A model generated the notes under the pieces. The model did not search any database. It was not told the origin of the DNA and saw only the letters and a list, made by a program, of their open reading frames with translations. Of a stretch of DNA of 64,000 nucleotides, positions 37,864 through 47,515 are shown piece after piece; position 1 is the stretch's first letter; each line of letters starts with the position of its first letter. Source of the stretch: Candidatus Latescibacterota bacterium. Its GTDB lineage: Bacteria; Latescibacterota; UBA2968. The stretch covers positions 1,440,001 through 1,504,000 of the forward strand of contig OZ244960.1 of NCBI GenBank assembly GCA_965222605.1, in the 5' to 3' direction. A program made the position numbers and the translations under genes.

Positions 37864-38396
37864 ACGCGCTGTAATTCAATAAGAGCTGTCTCTGCCGTGT
37901 CTTCGGGCGTACAATCATTTGTCGAAGTTGCAAACGCATCTGCACGCGCATAAAAACGCTCTCGATCCGCCATCATCTCTTCAATTTTGTTTTTCAAACC
38001 CTCGTCATCCAGCCCCGATAGCAAGGGCCTTTCATCGCGCTTGCGACTGACCCGTTCAAAAATCGTATTGACAGAAGCGCGGAAACACAAACACACGCCG
38101 GTTTTGCGAATGACCGCCCAATTCCGCTCCTGAGTGATGGCACCACCGCCGAGAGAAACGATCACATTGCCCATCTTCGATGCCTCGATAACCGCCTGGT
38201 GTTCCAACTGGCGAAATGCGGTTTCACCACCTTCCTCAAAAATTTCCGGAATTGTTTTTCCAGCAGCATCGACCACCAATTCATCTGTATCGACAAAGGT
38301 CCGCTTCAACCATCCGGCCAAAATGCGCCCGACTCTGGTTTTCCCCGTTGCCATAAAACCGGTGAGGAATATGGGTTTATCAGGTAGATCAAACAC
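37848..38396 (-). CDS. aroK: shikimate kinase
   Basis: GFMATGKT, GE..FR.LE, SLGGG, RPLL. Confidence 0.96.
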   Translation of the reverse strand: MFDLPDKPIFLTGFMATGKTRVGRILAGWLKRTFVDTDELVVDAAGKTIPEIFEEGGETAFRQLEHQAVIEASKMGNVIVSLGGGAITQERNWAVIRKTGVCLCFRASVNTIFERVSRKRDERPLLSGLDDEGLKNKIEEMMADRERFYARADAFATSTNDCTPEDTAETALIELQRVLDRD

Positions 38397-38418
38397 AGTG
38401 CTCTTCCACGATACAGTA

Positions 38419-40125
38419 TCACATCTGTTCTGGCGCTTTCATCCCCAGCAAACTCAGGCCCGATGCCAGCACCGTCTTAATCGCATAAACCAGTGCAACG
38501 CGGGCAGCCGTCAAATCCGCTTGTTCAGAAATAACCTGATGGGCATTGTAAAATCGATTGGCGACCGTACACAATTCAATCATAAGCGTTGTCACCACAG
38601 AGGGTTCGTATTCATCCGCAGCCTTTTGAATCTGCCCTGGAAATCGCGCAAGACATTTGACCACTTCAATAGCTTCTGGCTCATTTAACAACGCAAAATC
38701 AACATCCCGCGGCGGCAAAATGCCGTCATAACGCCGCAACACACTGCAATATCGCGCGTGGGTATATTGCAGATATGGACCGGTTTCGCCGTTGAAATTT
38801 AGAATCTCGTCCCAATCAAACACAATATCGCGCGTCCGTTTGGAATCCAGATCTGCAAAAATAATCGCACCAATGCCCACATCTCGTGCAATCTGCTCGC
38901 CATTTGGCAAATCGGGATTTTTATCGGCAATGATTTTTCGCGTCAATTCAATCGCGCGATTCAGCACATCTTCTAAAAAAACCACATTGCCCCTGCGCGT
39001 TGAGGCCCCACTGCCATCTTTGAATCGCAGCCGCCCAAATTGCACATGCGCGCATTTTTCTCGCCAGTCATATTCCATCAATTCCAACACCTGAAACAAC
39101 TGGCGAAAATACAAAGATTGCGCCACATCCACCACATAGAGCAGTTTTTCAAAGCGATATGTTTCCCACCGATACTCCAGCGCGGCCAAATCGCGCGTAC
39201 CGTACAATGTCGCATCGTCGCTTCGCAATGCGATCAAAGGCGGCATATCCCATTTTTCCAAATCCACAATCGTCGCGCCTTCACTCTCGGTCAGCAAACC
39301 CTTTGCTCGTAAGCGATCCAAAGTCGCGGGCATCTTATTCTGATAAAAACTCTCTCCAGCAATCGACTCAAATCCAATGCCCAGCATATCGTAAACGCGA
39401 TCAAACTCCTTAAAACTCACATCCACGCACACCTGCCACATCCGCACGGCTTCTTCATCGCCGTCTTCGAGGCGGCGAAACCAATCGCGGGCTTCTTGTT
39501 CGAGTTTGGGGTTGTCCTCAATCTCTTCGTTAATGCGAACATAGAGTTCCAGCAACTTCTGAATGGTAATATCCGCCGTCAATTCGCCATCACCCCAGTA
39601 ATTCCACGCCAGAATCAATTTCGCAAACTGAGACCCCCAATCGCCCAGATGATTCACCCCAACCACTTCGTAGCCCAATGCCCGATAAATATTTCTCAAG
39701 GCATTGCCAATGACCGTTGATCGCAGATGGTGAATGCCAAATGGTTTGGCAATATTGGGATGCGAAAAATCGATCACAACCGTCTTTCCAACACCCTGAT
39801 CTCCGCGCCCGTAATCCGCACCATGGTCGAGAATCGCAGAGAGTGTCTCCCCGACCAAATTGGCCTTTGGGACAAAAAAGTTGAGATAAGGACCTGCTGG
39901 ACGCACCTCGGCTATGTGGTCTCCCGTCGCAATTTGTGCAGATAGGTCTTCGGCAATTAAATGGGGTGCTTTGCGAAAAATTTTAGATAGAGCAAAACAC
40001 GGCAAAGCGTAATCGCCCATCTCGGGTTTTGGCGGCGTTTCGATCAGTGCCATTACCTCATTAGAAGACATCTCGGTCGCTTTTGACACCTGCAATACAA
40101 TTTCATCGACAAAAGGATTAGTCAC
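38419..40125 (-). CDS. argS: arginyl-tRNA synthetase
   Basis: DFSHPNIAKPFGIHHLRST, HLGDWG, GETGPYLQYTHAR. Confidence 0.96.
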   Translation of the reverse strand: MTNPFVDEIVLQVSKATEMSSNEVMALIETPPKPEMGDYALPCFALSKIFRKAPHLIAEDLSAQIATGDHIAEVRPAGPYLNFFVPKANLVGETLSAILDHGADYGRGDQGVGKTVVIDFSHPNIAKPFGIHHLRSTVIGNALRNIYRALGYEVVGVNHLGDWGSQFAKLILAWNYWGDGELTADITIQKLLELYVRINEEIEDNPKLEQEARDWFRRLEDGDEEAVRMWQVCVDVSFKEFDRVYDMLGIGFESIAGESFYQNKMPATLDRLRAKGLLTESEGATIVDLEKWDMPPLIALRSDDATLYGTRDLAALEYRWETYRFEKLLYVVDVAQSLYFRQLFQVLELMEYDWREKCAHVQFGRLRFKDGSGASTRRGNVVFLEDVLNRAIELTRKIIADKNPDLPNGEQIARDVGIGAIIFADLDSKRTRDIVFDWDEILNFNGETGPYLQYTHARYCSVLRRYDGILPPRDVDFALLNEPEAIEVVKCLARFPGQIQKAADEYEPSVVTTLMIELCTVANRFYNAHQVISEQADLTAARVALVYAIKTVLASGLSLLGMKAPEQM

Positions 40126-40144
40126 AAAATACCTCGCAAAGGTC

Positions 40145-40230
40145 CCTCTCCTGCGAGGAGAGGAAAGTTAAGGGATAAGTAATTCTCCCCTTTTATCTGT
40201 GTTTATCCGTGTTCATCTGTGGTTGCTTTT
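40145..40230. repeat. cctctcct/aggagagg hairpin plus 10-bp repeat cluster
   Basis: cctctcct-gcg-aggagagg (40145-40163); atctgtgttt atccgtgttc atctgtggtt gctttt. Confidence 0.65.
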
Positions 40231-40240
40231 TGTTTCTCAC

Positions 40241-40705
40241 TTATTTCAAAATATCCAAATCCAAAATTTTCTGCACATCGGCCTTCACCTGCGCGGGCAC
40301 GCGAAACCTATAGCTTTTTCGTTGAGAAATGAGTTCTAAATCGCGCTCTGTGCGCCACACATATCTCGAAAAACGCTGCCAGGGCATGTAACGCATGCCC
40401 ATCAGCAATCCGCGCGCACTCATAGTTACGCGAATAGTAGCATAAGCGATATAAAAAAATTCAAGAGAAAGCAAAAAACCGAACAATTGCGGCACGAATC
40501 CCACGCCATCTGAGATCGCAGCCCCCCGAAACAGCACAATGCCCCCCGTCACAATCAATAGTACATCCCATCGCTTCTGCAAAAAAACCACCACAGGCTC
40601 TTGTGTATTGGACACATGTCGCCGCAACCGCCAATAGGCCACAATAGACGCGCCCAGTAAAAGGGGAGCGAGAACCAACACGATTTGTATAAGTGTCAAA
40701 GACAT
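40241..40705 (-). CDS. hypothetical membrane protein
   Basis: Three hydrophobic segments and a short beta-rich tail; 1 bp after the ubiE stop. Confidence 0.7.
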   Translation of the reverse strand: MSLTLIQIVLVLAPLLLGASIVAYWRLRRHVSNTQEPVVVFLQKRWDVLLIVTGGIVLFRGAAISDGVGFVPQLFGFLLSLEFFYIAYATIRVTMSARGLLMGMRYMPWQRFSRYVWRTERDLELISQRKSYRFRVPAQVKADVQKILDLDILK

Positions 40706-40706
40706 A

Positions 40707-41465
40707 TTACGATTTCGACGCCAGATAAATAGTTGCAATCCCAAAGCTCAACCGAACCGCCTGTATATTGACAAATCCCGCATCGGACAACCGCCGGCAA
40801 AAATCATCACCTTCGGGAAAACGCATCACAGATTCGTACAAATAGCGGTAGGCATTTGGGTCGCGGGAGACCATGTGTCCAATACGAGGCAAAATACGCT
40901 GAAAATAAAAATTGTAAAGGCCGCGAAACACAGGGGTTCGCGGCCTCGAAAACTCCAGCACAGCCACGCGCCCACCCACCTTGAGCACGCGACACATCTC
41001 ACTCAGAGCCGTTTCCAACTCGGCCACATTGCGAATGCCAAATCCGATTGTCACGCCGTCAAATGTCCCCTCACCAAACGGCAGACACTCCCCATCGCCA
41101 CACAGAAACGCGACCGGATTTGCTCGCGACCCATTTTTTTTTTCGCCCTCGCGCAACATCGGCACCGAAGGATCGACACCAATCACCTGAATATCGACAG
41201 CGCGTTTGCCGCATTCAAACCCCAAATCGCCCGTGCCCGTAGCCAGATCTAAAATTCGCCAGTTCGGCCCGGGTTGCAATTGATCAATAGTCTTTTTTCG
41301 CCAAACAATATCAATACCCATGCTCAACAGGTGATTGAGCAGATCGTATCTGTGGGCAATCCCGTCAAACATCTGCCGCACAAAAGCGCGCTTAGCTTCA
41401 GGTTCAAGCAGCACATCGCGCGCGATACCTGTCGATCGTGGGCTATGCTTGTGCTCACCTCTCAT
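40707..41465 (-). CDS. ubiE: UbiE/MenG quinone C-methyltransferase
   Basis: MFDGIA.RYDLLN.LLS.G.D..WR, LDLATGTGD, FGIRNV, Y.YL.ES; start uncertain. Confidence 0.93.
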   Translation of the reverse strand: MRGEHKHSPRSTGIARDVLLEPEAKRAFVRQMFDGIAHRYDLLNHLLSMGIDIVWRKKTIDQLQPGPNWRILDLATGTGDLGFECGKRAVDIQVIGVDPSVPMLREGEKKNGSRANPVAFLCGDGECLPFGEGTFDGVTIGFGIRNVAELETALSEMCRVLKVGGRVAVLEFSRPRTPVFRGLYNFYFQRILPRIGHMVSRDPNAYRYLYESVMRFPEGDDFCRRLSDAGFVNIQAVRLSFGIATIYLASKS

Positions 41466-42333
41466 TTTTTGTGCCGACCCGTTTGACAACGACATTTTTC
41501 ATCACATCAGTCGGTGGCTCAACACCCGTCCAGATAGCAAAAGATCGCGCCCCTTGAAAGACCAGCATATCCAGTCCCCCAAAAGCCGGCGCACCAACCG
41601 ATTGAAACGCGCGCATCAACTGCGTTTTCAGCGGATTGAACACCGTATCGTAGAGCACCAAATCCAGATGGACAGCGCGCACATCGGCAAGAGGCGAAGC
41701 ATTGACCTCGGGATACATCCCCAGCGAAGTGGTATTCACAACCACGCCCGCATCGGCAAACGCCCGGCATTGTGTATCGGCATCCAGCGCGCCCACATCC
41801 ATTTTTGTACCCGTTATTTTTTCCATATCCATCGCCAGAGCCTCCGCGCGCTTGATCGTGCGATTCAAAATCGTCACCCGCTGCACACTCTCTTGCGTCC
41901 CCAGCGCATACGTCACAGCGCGGGCAGCCCCACCGGCGCCGAGCACCACGCAATGTGCGGGAAATGTCTTAATCCCCGCAATATCGCGCAACGCCGTCAA
42001 GACGCCATAGACATCCGTATTATATCCAACCAGCTCACCATCTTCGCGCGAAATAGTATTAACCGCACCCACAGCCAGTGCTTCTTCTGAAATGCGATCC
42101 ATGTGTTCCATCACCGACAGCTTGTGCGGAATAGTCACATTTAATCCGCGAATATTCAATCCGCGCAACCCCTTCATCGCCTCGCTCACGCGGTCGGGCA
42201 ACACGTGAAAAGCCACATAACAATAATCCACATCTAATGCGGCGATTGCGGCATTGTGCATATCGGGAGAAAACGAATGAGCCACCGGGTCACCAATAAC
42301 GCCCAGTACCTGACTTGTTGCGCGAATATTCAT
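41455..42333 (-). CDS. aroE: shikimate dehydrogenase
   Basis: HSFSP.MHN, NVTIPHK, GAVNT, NTD, GAGGAA, GLDMLVFQG. Confidence 0.96.
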   Translation of the reverse strand: MNIRATSQVLGVIGDPVAHSFSPDMHNAAIAALDVDYCYVAFHVLPDRVSEAMKGLRGLNIRGLNVTIPHKLSVMEHMDRISEEALAVGAVNTISREDGELVGYNTDVYGVLTALRDIAGIKTFPAHCVVLGAGGAARAVTYALGTQESVQRVTILNRTIKRAEALAMDMEKITGTKMDVGALDADTQCRAFADAGVVVNTTSLGMYPEVNASPLADVRAVHLDLVLYDTVFNPLKTQLMRAFQSVGAPAFGGLDMLVFQGARSFAIWTGVEPPTDVMKNVVVKRVGTKNER

Positions 42334-42488
42334 CAAGATTTCCGATTGCCATCCAGCAAATCATTCACAAACTCATCGGCAATATCAAAACTTTCCTTCC
42401 ACGAGCAGTCATAAGTATAGCGTATAAACGCCACACCGCCCAGGATCATCAAAATCGCACACATCGCGAGCTTAAAAAGTATTCTCAT
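42333..42488 (-). CDS. 51-aa single-TM small protein (absent from ORF track)
   Basis: GAGGTG RBS; MRILFKLAMCAILMILGGVAFIRYTYDCSWKESFDIADEFVNDLLDGNRKS; TGATG overlap with the aroE start. Confidence 0.7.
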   Translation of the reverse strand: MRILFKLAMCAILMILGGVAFIRYTYDCSWKESFDIADEFVNDLLDGNRKS

Positions 42489-42491
42489 ATT

Positions 42492-43142
42492 TCACCTCTT
42501 TTGTTGAACAAGGTTCGATAAACACGCAAATAACCCGGCGAAATCGCGGCACATATCACCCGTATTTGACACCTGAGTTTCGCCCTCGGCTGCCAATCCT
42601 GCCAGTGCAAAGGCCAATCCCGTACGGGCATCGCCGCCGGCATCGACCTCTGTTCCCTGAAGGCGCACAGGCCCCTGCACCACCAGGCCATCGGGCATTT
42701 CGCCTACCTTAGCCCCCATTTGACGCAAATTTTGAATCACCAGTGACAGGCGGTCGATCTCCCCCTGTCGCAAGCCCTCTCCATCTCGAATAACCGTTTC
42801 GCCCGCGGCCTGCGTACCCAGCACAGCGAGAAAAGGCACTTCTCGAATAAATAAATCGGTCTGCTCGCCCCCTATGCGCGTGCGCCGCAATTCAGACCCC
42901 TGGACTTTAATCGTACGCGTCACTTTTGCCTTTGATCGCGTCACCTGAATGTCCAATTGCGCATTCAACCGCCGCAACAAATCCAATGCGCGTCGGGTCT
43001 TCCAATCGTCGCCCACGCAGTGAAGAGTCAAATCCGACTGCGATAACATCGCCGCAACACCGAGCAAATACAGCGTGGTCTCGGGATCTCCCGGTACATC
43101 GCATTCCCCAATAAGCCCACGCGCTTCTTTTACCTCATACAT
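42492..43142 (-). CDS. half-length EPSP synthase (AroA)-like protein, 216 aa, degenerate active site
   Basis: GECDVPGD runs straight into the AroA C-terminal half (AAGETVIRD, E.DR, GGD.R..LAFA.AGL.A.GET). Confidence 0.8.
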   Translation of the reverse strand: MYEVKEARGLIGECDVPGDPETTLYLLGVAAMLSQSDLTLHCVGDDWKTRRALDLLRRLNAQLDIQVTRSKAKVTRTIKVQGSELRRTRIGGEQTDLFIREVPFLAVLGTQAAGETVIRDGEGLRQGEIDRLSLVIQNLRQMGAKVGEMPDGLVVQGPVRLQGTEVDAGGDARTGLAFALAGLAAEGETQVSNTGDMCRDFAGLFACLSNLVQQKR

Positions 43143-43152
43143 ACTGCTCTCC

Positions 43153-44262
43153 CTAACGCAACCGCACTTGATAACCCGCATCTCGCAAAATTTCGACAGA
43201 CCGCTCGGCTTCCTCCTGTTGCCCAAACCCCATCCGAATCGTCCCCCCTTCGCCCTCGCGCACTTTCAGGACTTCAATATCTTTGATATTGATCCCCTCG
43301 GCAGATAGACGCGATGCAACATCGGCAATAATACCAGGTTTGTCTTCTGCCACCAGCAAAATTTCGTGAAGCGGATGCAAAAAACCCTTGGAATCTCTGG
43401 GAATCTCCCCCCGAATGCGATTGGCATAGTCAAAATCTTCCGATAGTGCTTCTCGATCCACCTTCTCTCGTATCGCCGCAAGCGCGTCGAGATACGCATC
43501 GATCATCTCTCGAATAGGACCGGCATTCGTCTGACAAATATCTCGCCACATCGCAAACGGACTGGAGGCAATGCGCGTCAAATCGCGGAACCCACCCGCT
43601 GCCATTTGCAGGGGGAGACCATCGGCCTCATTGAGCCTGCCCACCAATCCCACGAGAGTGGTAGCCATCATCTGCGGCAAATGACTCACCGTCGCCGCGA
43701 CCCGATCATGCGTCTCGGCATCCATACGCATAGAACGCGCCCCAATGCATTGCACCAGTGCTGCAAGCGCATCCACAATTTTGTTGGGAACACCGCTTGC
43801 GGGCGTGAGAACATAAAGCGCGTTTTCAAACAAAAAGGGATCGGCTGCACCCACGCCGCTCTTTTCCGATCCCGCCATAGGATGCCCGCCCACAAAATGG
43901 ACATCTTCACGCGCGACCTGTTCTGCACATGCGACAATCGCGCCCTTTGTGCTGCCCACGTCTGTGATAATGCAACCCGGCGAGGCCGCTTGTACGACCG
44001 CGGACAACTGCTCCAGAATACGCACAATGGGCGAACACAAAAATACCAGATCTGACCGTTTTACGCCATTGTCCATTTCGTCGTATTCATAGCCACTGTC
44101 AATCACATCGAGCGCACGGGCCTCTCGCAGGGTCTCCGCGCGGCTAATACCAATAATCTCGCGCCCAATACCCAGTCGCTTAAACGCCAACCCCAATGAC
44201 CCGCCAATCAACCCCACACCCACAATGGCAATCGTCGCATCTCTAAATAGAGGATCGTTCAT
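43153..44262 (-). CDS. tyrA: prephenate/arogenate dehydrogenase with ACT domain
   Basis: GVGLIGGS, DVGSTK, HPMAGSE, HD...A.VSHLP, GFRDLTRIA, DKPGII. Confidence 0.95.
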   Translation of the reverse strand: MNDPLFRDATIAIVGVGLIGGSLGLAFKRLGIGREIIGISRAETLREARALDVIDSGYEYDEMDNGVKRSDLVFLCSPIVRILEQLSAVVQAASPGCIITDVGSTKGAIVACAEQVAREDVHFVGGHPMAGSEKSGVGAADPFLFENALYVLTPASGVPNKIVDALAALVQCIGARSMRMDAETHDRVAATVSHLPQMMATTLVGLVGRLNEADGLPLQMAAGGFRDLTRIASSPFAMWRDICQTNAGPIREMIDAYLDALAAIREKVDREALSEDFDYANRIRGEIPRDSKGFLHPLHEILLVAEDKPGIIADVASRLSAEGINIKDIEVLKVREGEGGTIRMGFGQQEEAERSVEILRDAGYQVRLR

Positions 44263-44594
44263 ATTGGTGACCCAATTTCTAAATCCAAGGCAAATAAGAT
44301 AGCGTTTTTGATCTCTCTCATCACATTATCTGAAAGTTTGCCAAGCCTTCTTTCAAGCCGAACTTTCGGTACAGAACCGAGTCCCTGTACATTGGCATAA
44401 GAATCTTGATTCAGAAACCTCAACTTTGGCAGTACCACTTCGTAGGGACTTTCCCTGTATTGGGTTGTTAAAGGGATATAAGTTATCATAGCTCGTGGTG
44501 GGTCTGAATCGTAGCGAGATACCACGAGAACAGGTCGTGTTTTTGCAGCTAAACCGAGATCCGCTAGCCAGATCTCACCGGGTTGTGGGTTCAT
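44259..44594 (-). CDS. PemK/MazF-family toxin
   Basis: GEIWLADLG..AKTRPVLVVS, IPLTT. Confidence 0.9.
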   Translation of the reverse strand: MNPQPGEIWLADLGLAAKTRPVLVVSRYDSDPPRAMITYIPLTTQYRESPYEVVLPKLRFLNQDSYANVQGLGSVPKVRLERRLGKLSDNVMREIKNAILFALDLEIGSPI

Positions 44595-44760
44595 CGAGTA
44601 GATTCAAAACCTCCTGTTCTACGGAACGCGATTGCATTATATCCAGGACATCCTGGTCTGCGAGATCGATAATTTCCGCAATGCGTTCCCTAACTTCCAC
44701 TACAGTATTGGGTTTCCATTCGCGTAATTTTGCGTCTAATTTTTCAGCTAACACATCCAT
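44575..44760 (-). CDS. putative antitoxin
   Basis: 61-aa acidic ORF with GGAG RBS overlapping the toxin start. Confidence 0.7.
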   Translation of the reverse strand: MDVLAEKLDAKLREWKPNTVVEVRERIAEIIDLADQDVLDIMQSRSVEQEVLNLLDEPTTR

Positions 44761-44773
44761 TGCCTTTCCTCCA

Positions 44774-45061
44774 TTAGGCTGCTTGCGGTTTGACGTAAAC
44801 TTCGACTTGCATCCCCGCCAGCGTCAGCATATTAATCAATTTATCCACGCTAAACCGACGAATATCTCCCTGCATTAAATTACTAATGCGCGGCTGGGAT
44901 TCGCCAAAAAATGTAGCGGCTTGACTCTGGGTCCACCCCTTCGTTTCAATGTACTTTCTCAAGTCAAGCATTAAATCAGCCCGAACTTTTAAGCTCGCGG
45001 CTTCTTCCCGATCAAAACCGATATCTTCAAATACATTATCGCTTCCTTGAGTCACTTCCAT
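44774..45061 (-). CDS. XRE/HTH_37 (HigA-like) regulator
   Basis: GSDNVFEDIGF, TQ..AA..FG.SQPRIS.L..G.I..FS.DKL. Confidence 0.88.
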   Translation of the reverse strand: MEVTQGSDNVFEDIGFDREEAASLKVRADLMLDLRKYIETKGWTQSQAATFFGESQPRISNLMQGDIRRFSVDKLINMLTLAGMQVEVYVKPQAA

Positions 45062-45085
45062 AACGTCGTATCCTGTTCATTGGTT

Positions 45086-47489
45086 TTATGACGCTTCTTG
45101 ACCGAAGTCATTGGCAAAAATCAGAAAGTCACCAAATCCAATCACGCCATCGCCATCCAGATCAAACCGCGCGTCATACCCCTCATCGCCCCGACTTAAT
45201 CCGAACTGTGCTACAAAAAGCAAAAAGTCAGCAAAGCCAACAACACCGTCGCGATCAAAGTCGGGATTGGGGATTTGAGGAGCGATGTTAGACGACATAT
45301 CCCACAGCAAAACCGTGCCATCGTCTGCCCCCGAAGCGAGAGTTGTACCATCGGGCGAAAACGACACTGAACGGACCCAACCATTATGTCCAGCGAGGGT
45401 GGCGATATTTTCTCTTGTCACGACATCCCACATCAAAATCGTGCCATCGTTTCTCCCATAAGCGAGAGTTGTACCATCGGGCGAAAACGACACTGAGAAG
45501 GCCAAATTAGACGGAAGTGTGGTGATCTGTGTACCCGTCGCAACATCCCACAGGATGATCCCATCAGTATGCCCAGAAGCGAGAATTCCATCGCGAGAAA
45601 ACGAAAAAGAAAGCGGCCGCCCAAATCCAGTCTTTCTTGCGCTAAGGAGGGTATTCGTGCCTGTCGCCACATCCCATAGATTGAAGTCATGACCAAACCA
45701 CCCGGAAGCGATGGTTGTGCCGTCGGGTGAAAAAGCCACAATTTCAATTTCCTTCGGATTAGGTCCAAAGCTGGTGGATATTCGTCCCGTTTTCACATCC
45801 CATAGCTTAACCGTGGCATCGCTTGACCCGGAAGCGAGCATCGTCCCATCGGGCGAAAACGACACCGAAATGACCTGACTTGCAGTAGGTAGCAGCGCAA
45901 GGACACGAGACGTCGTCACTTCGTACAGCCACACGCCAATACCACTTGCCACAGCAAGGCGTTGCCCATCAGGCGAAAGCGTCACCGACTGACTGCTCTC
46001 GCCCAGGAGTCCTTTTCCCAAACTCAAGATTGCTCCATCGGGTAAATGCCATTTCTGAAGATCACCGTCCTCGCTTGGCGTAGTCAGCGTTCCAATACCC
46101 TTCGCATTAAATGTCACTGGCTCACGCCCAGCGATAGTTACTTCAACGATGTTTGCTCCCGGATTAGTACCAAGAGTAAGAATACTCTCTGCTCGACCAT
46201 TGGCATTGGTCGTTGTTTGCTCAAGGGAGAACTGACCGCTGAGTTTCCCATCGCCGGTGGTAACCATGAAGGTGACTTGTGCATCTGGTAGAGGGTTGCC
46301 GGACTGATCTCTGACTTCCACGATCAGGGGATGGGCCAACGTCGCCCCGGGCCTGGCCAGCTGCTCGTCGCCGGAGACTTTCATAATCGTTGGTAGCTCA
46401 GATGCATCTTCCGATAGTTTAAAAAATTCTAAGTTGATATTCCCGGCCATATCAACTGCTAAAACAAGGAACGGACAATTAGGAATTTGGGGAAAACCCG
46501 TAAAGCCAGAAAACCCAAAAAAACCCTTATAATCGAAAGTAACGACGGTATTTTTTTCTTCCATAAATCCACGACACTCCACCATCGCGGAGTATCCGTA
46601 GAAAGAAGATAGTAACACTTGATAAAGCCCATCTGAATCGCTGACTTCGAGTTGAATGGGGACGCTCTTTGAGCCTACTGAATACTCACGCGGTGAGATA
46701 AGTTTGATAGTGGGTGGTGGCGTCTCTTCAATTGGGATATCGGGATTGAAGTAGGGATGCACGGCCAAAAATTTGGCATGACAGGCAGATAACTGTGATT
46801 GACTCAATCCCAGGCCCCATACGACATGAGGTACGCGTTATCGCGGAAATCGTGATACAATCCAAAGGCATGCCCAAATTCATGTGCCGTTATATGTGTT
46901 ACATCCTCTACATATGCAATATAACGATGGGCAGGCATCGCGGCGAATCCACCAATTTTTCCCTGCGGCCTCCCCGCGGCGTGAACACTCCACTATTGTC
47001 AATGGCAACAAAGTAAATGTTTGCCTGTAGATCAAATACCTGTCCAATCTCCTCCTGTACAGTATAAAAAGGTTCGCCAAAATAGCCGCTATTGGGGTGT
47101 TGACCATCCACGCGATGAACCACCGGTTCATCCTGAGCATCGGTTTCAAAGCGAAAGGTCTTGCTCCCATACCCATGCGCCTGCATCTGTTCCGCATAAA
47201 AGGTCTGAACTCGGCGAATCGCAACTTTCATAGAATCAACCACTTCCTGACGAAAAGGACGATCATTGGGCAAGAAGTAGATCAATCGCACCGTGCGAGG
47301 TTCGCCTACGTTCAGATTCGCCAGTCGCTTGGCGGCAGGGCGCGGATGATCGCGCCGCCACTGCTCGTAATCGAACGGCAGACAGAAATGCACGCTATCG
47401 GCTGGTGAAGAAGCATAGACGGCAGCCATCGGCGAGAGCACGAGGATGACCAAGACAAAAAAGGCAGGATGAATAATGAATTTTTTCAC
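45086..47489 (-). pseudogene. exported metzincin peptidase + Ig-like + WD40 + EF-hand-like protein, split by two frameshifts
   Basis: The frame between the two listed ORFs (about 46815-46960) reads HEFGHAFGLYH...LMSY; WD40 repeats FSPDG.TLASG..D.TV.LWD; DFDRDG.VGF.DFL tail. Confidence 0.8.
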
Positions 47490-47515
47490 GAGTCTATTAT
47501 CCTATATAACTTCGG

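Noticed and set aside
40126-40240. T-box riboswitch upstream of argS (or tyrS)
   Set aside because: The gap is too short, lacks the AGGGTGGNACCGCG motif and is explained by repeats; the gap before tyrS is only 21 bp.
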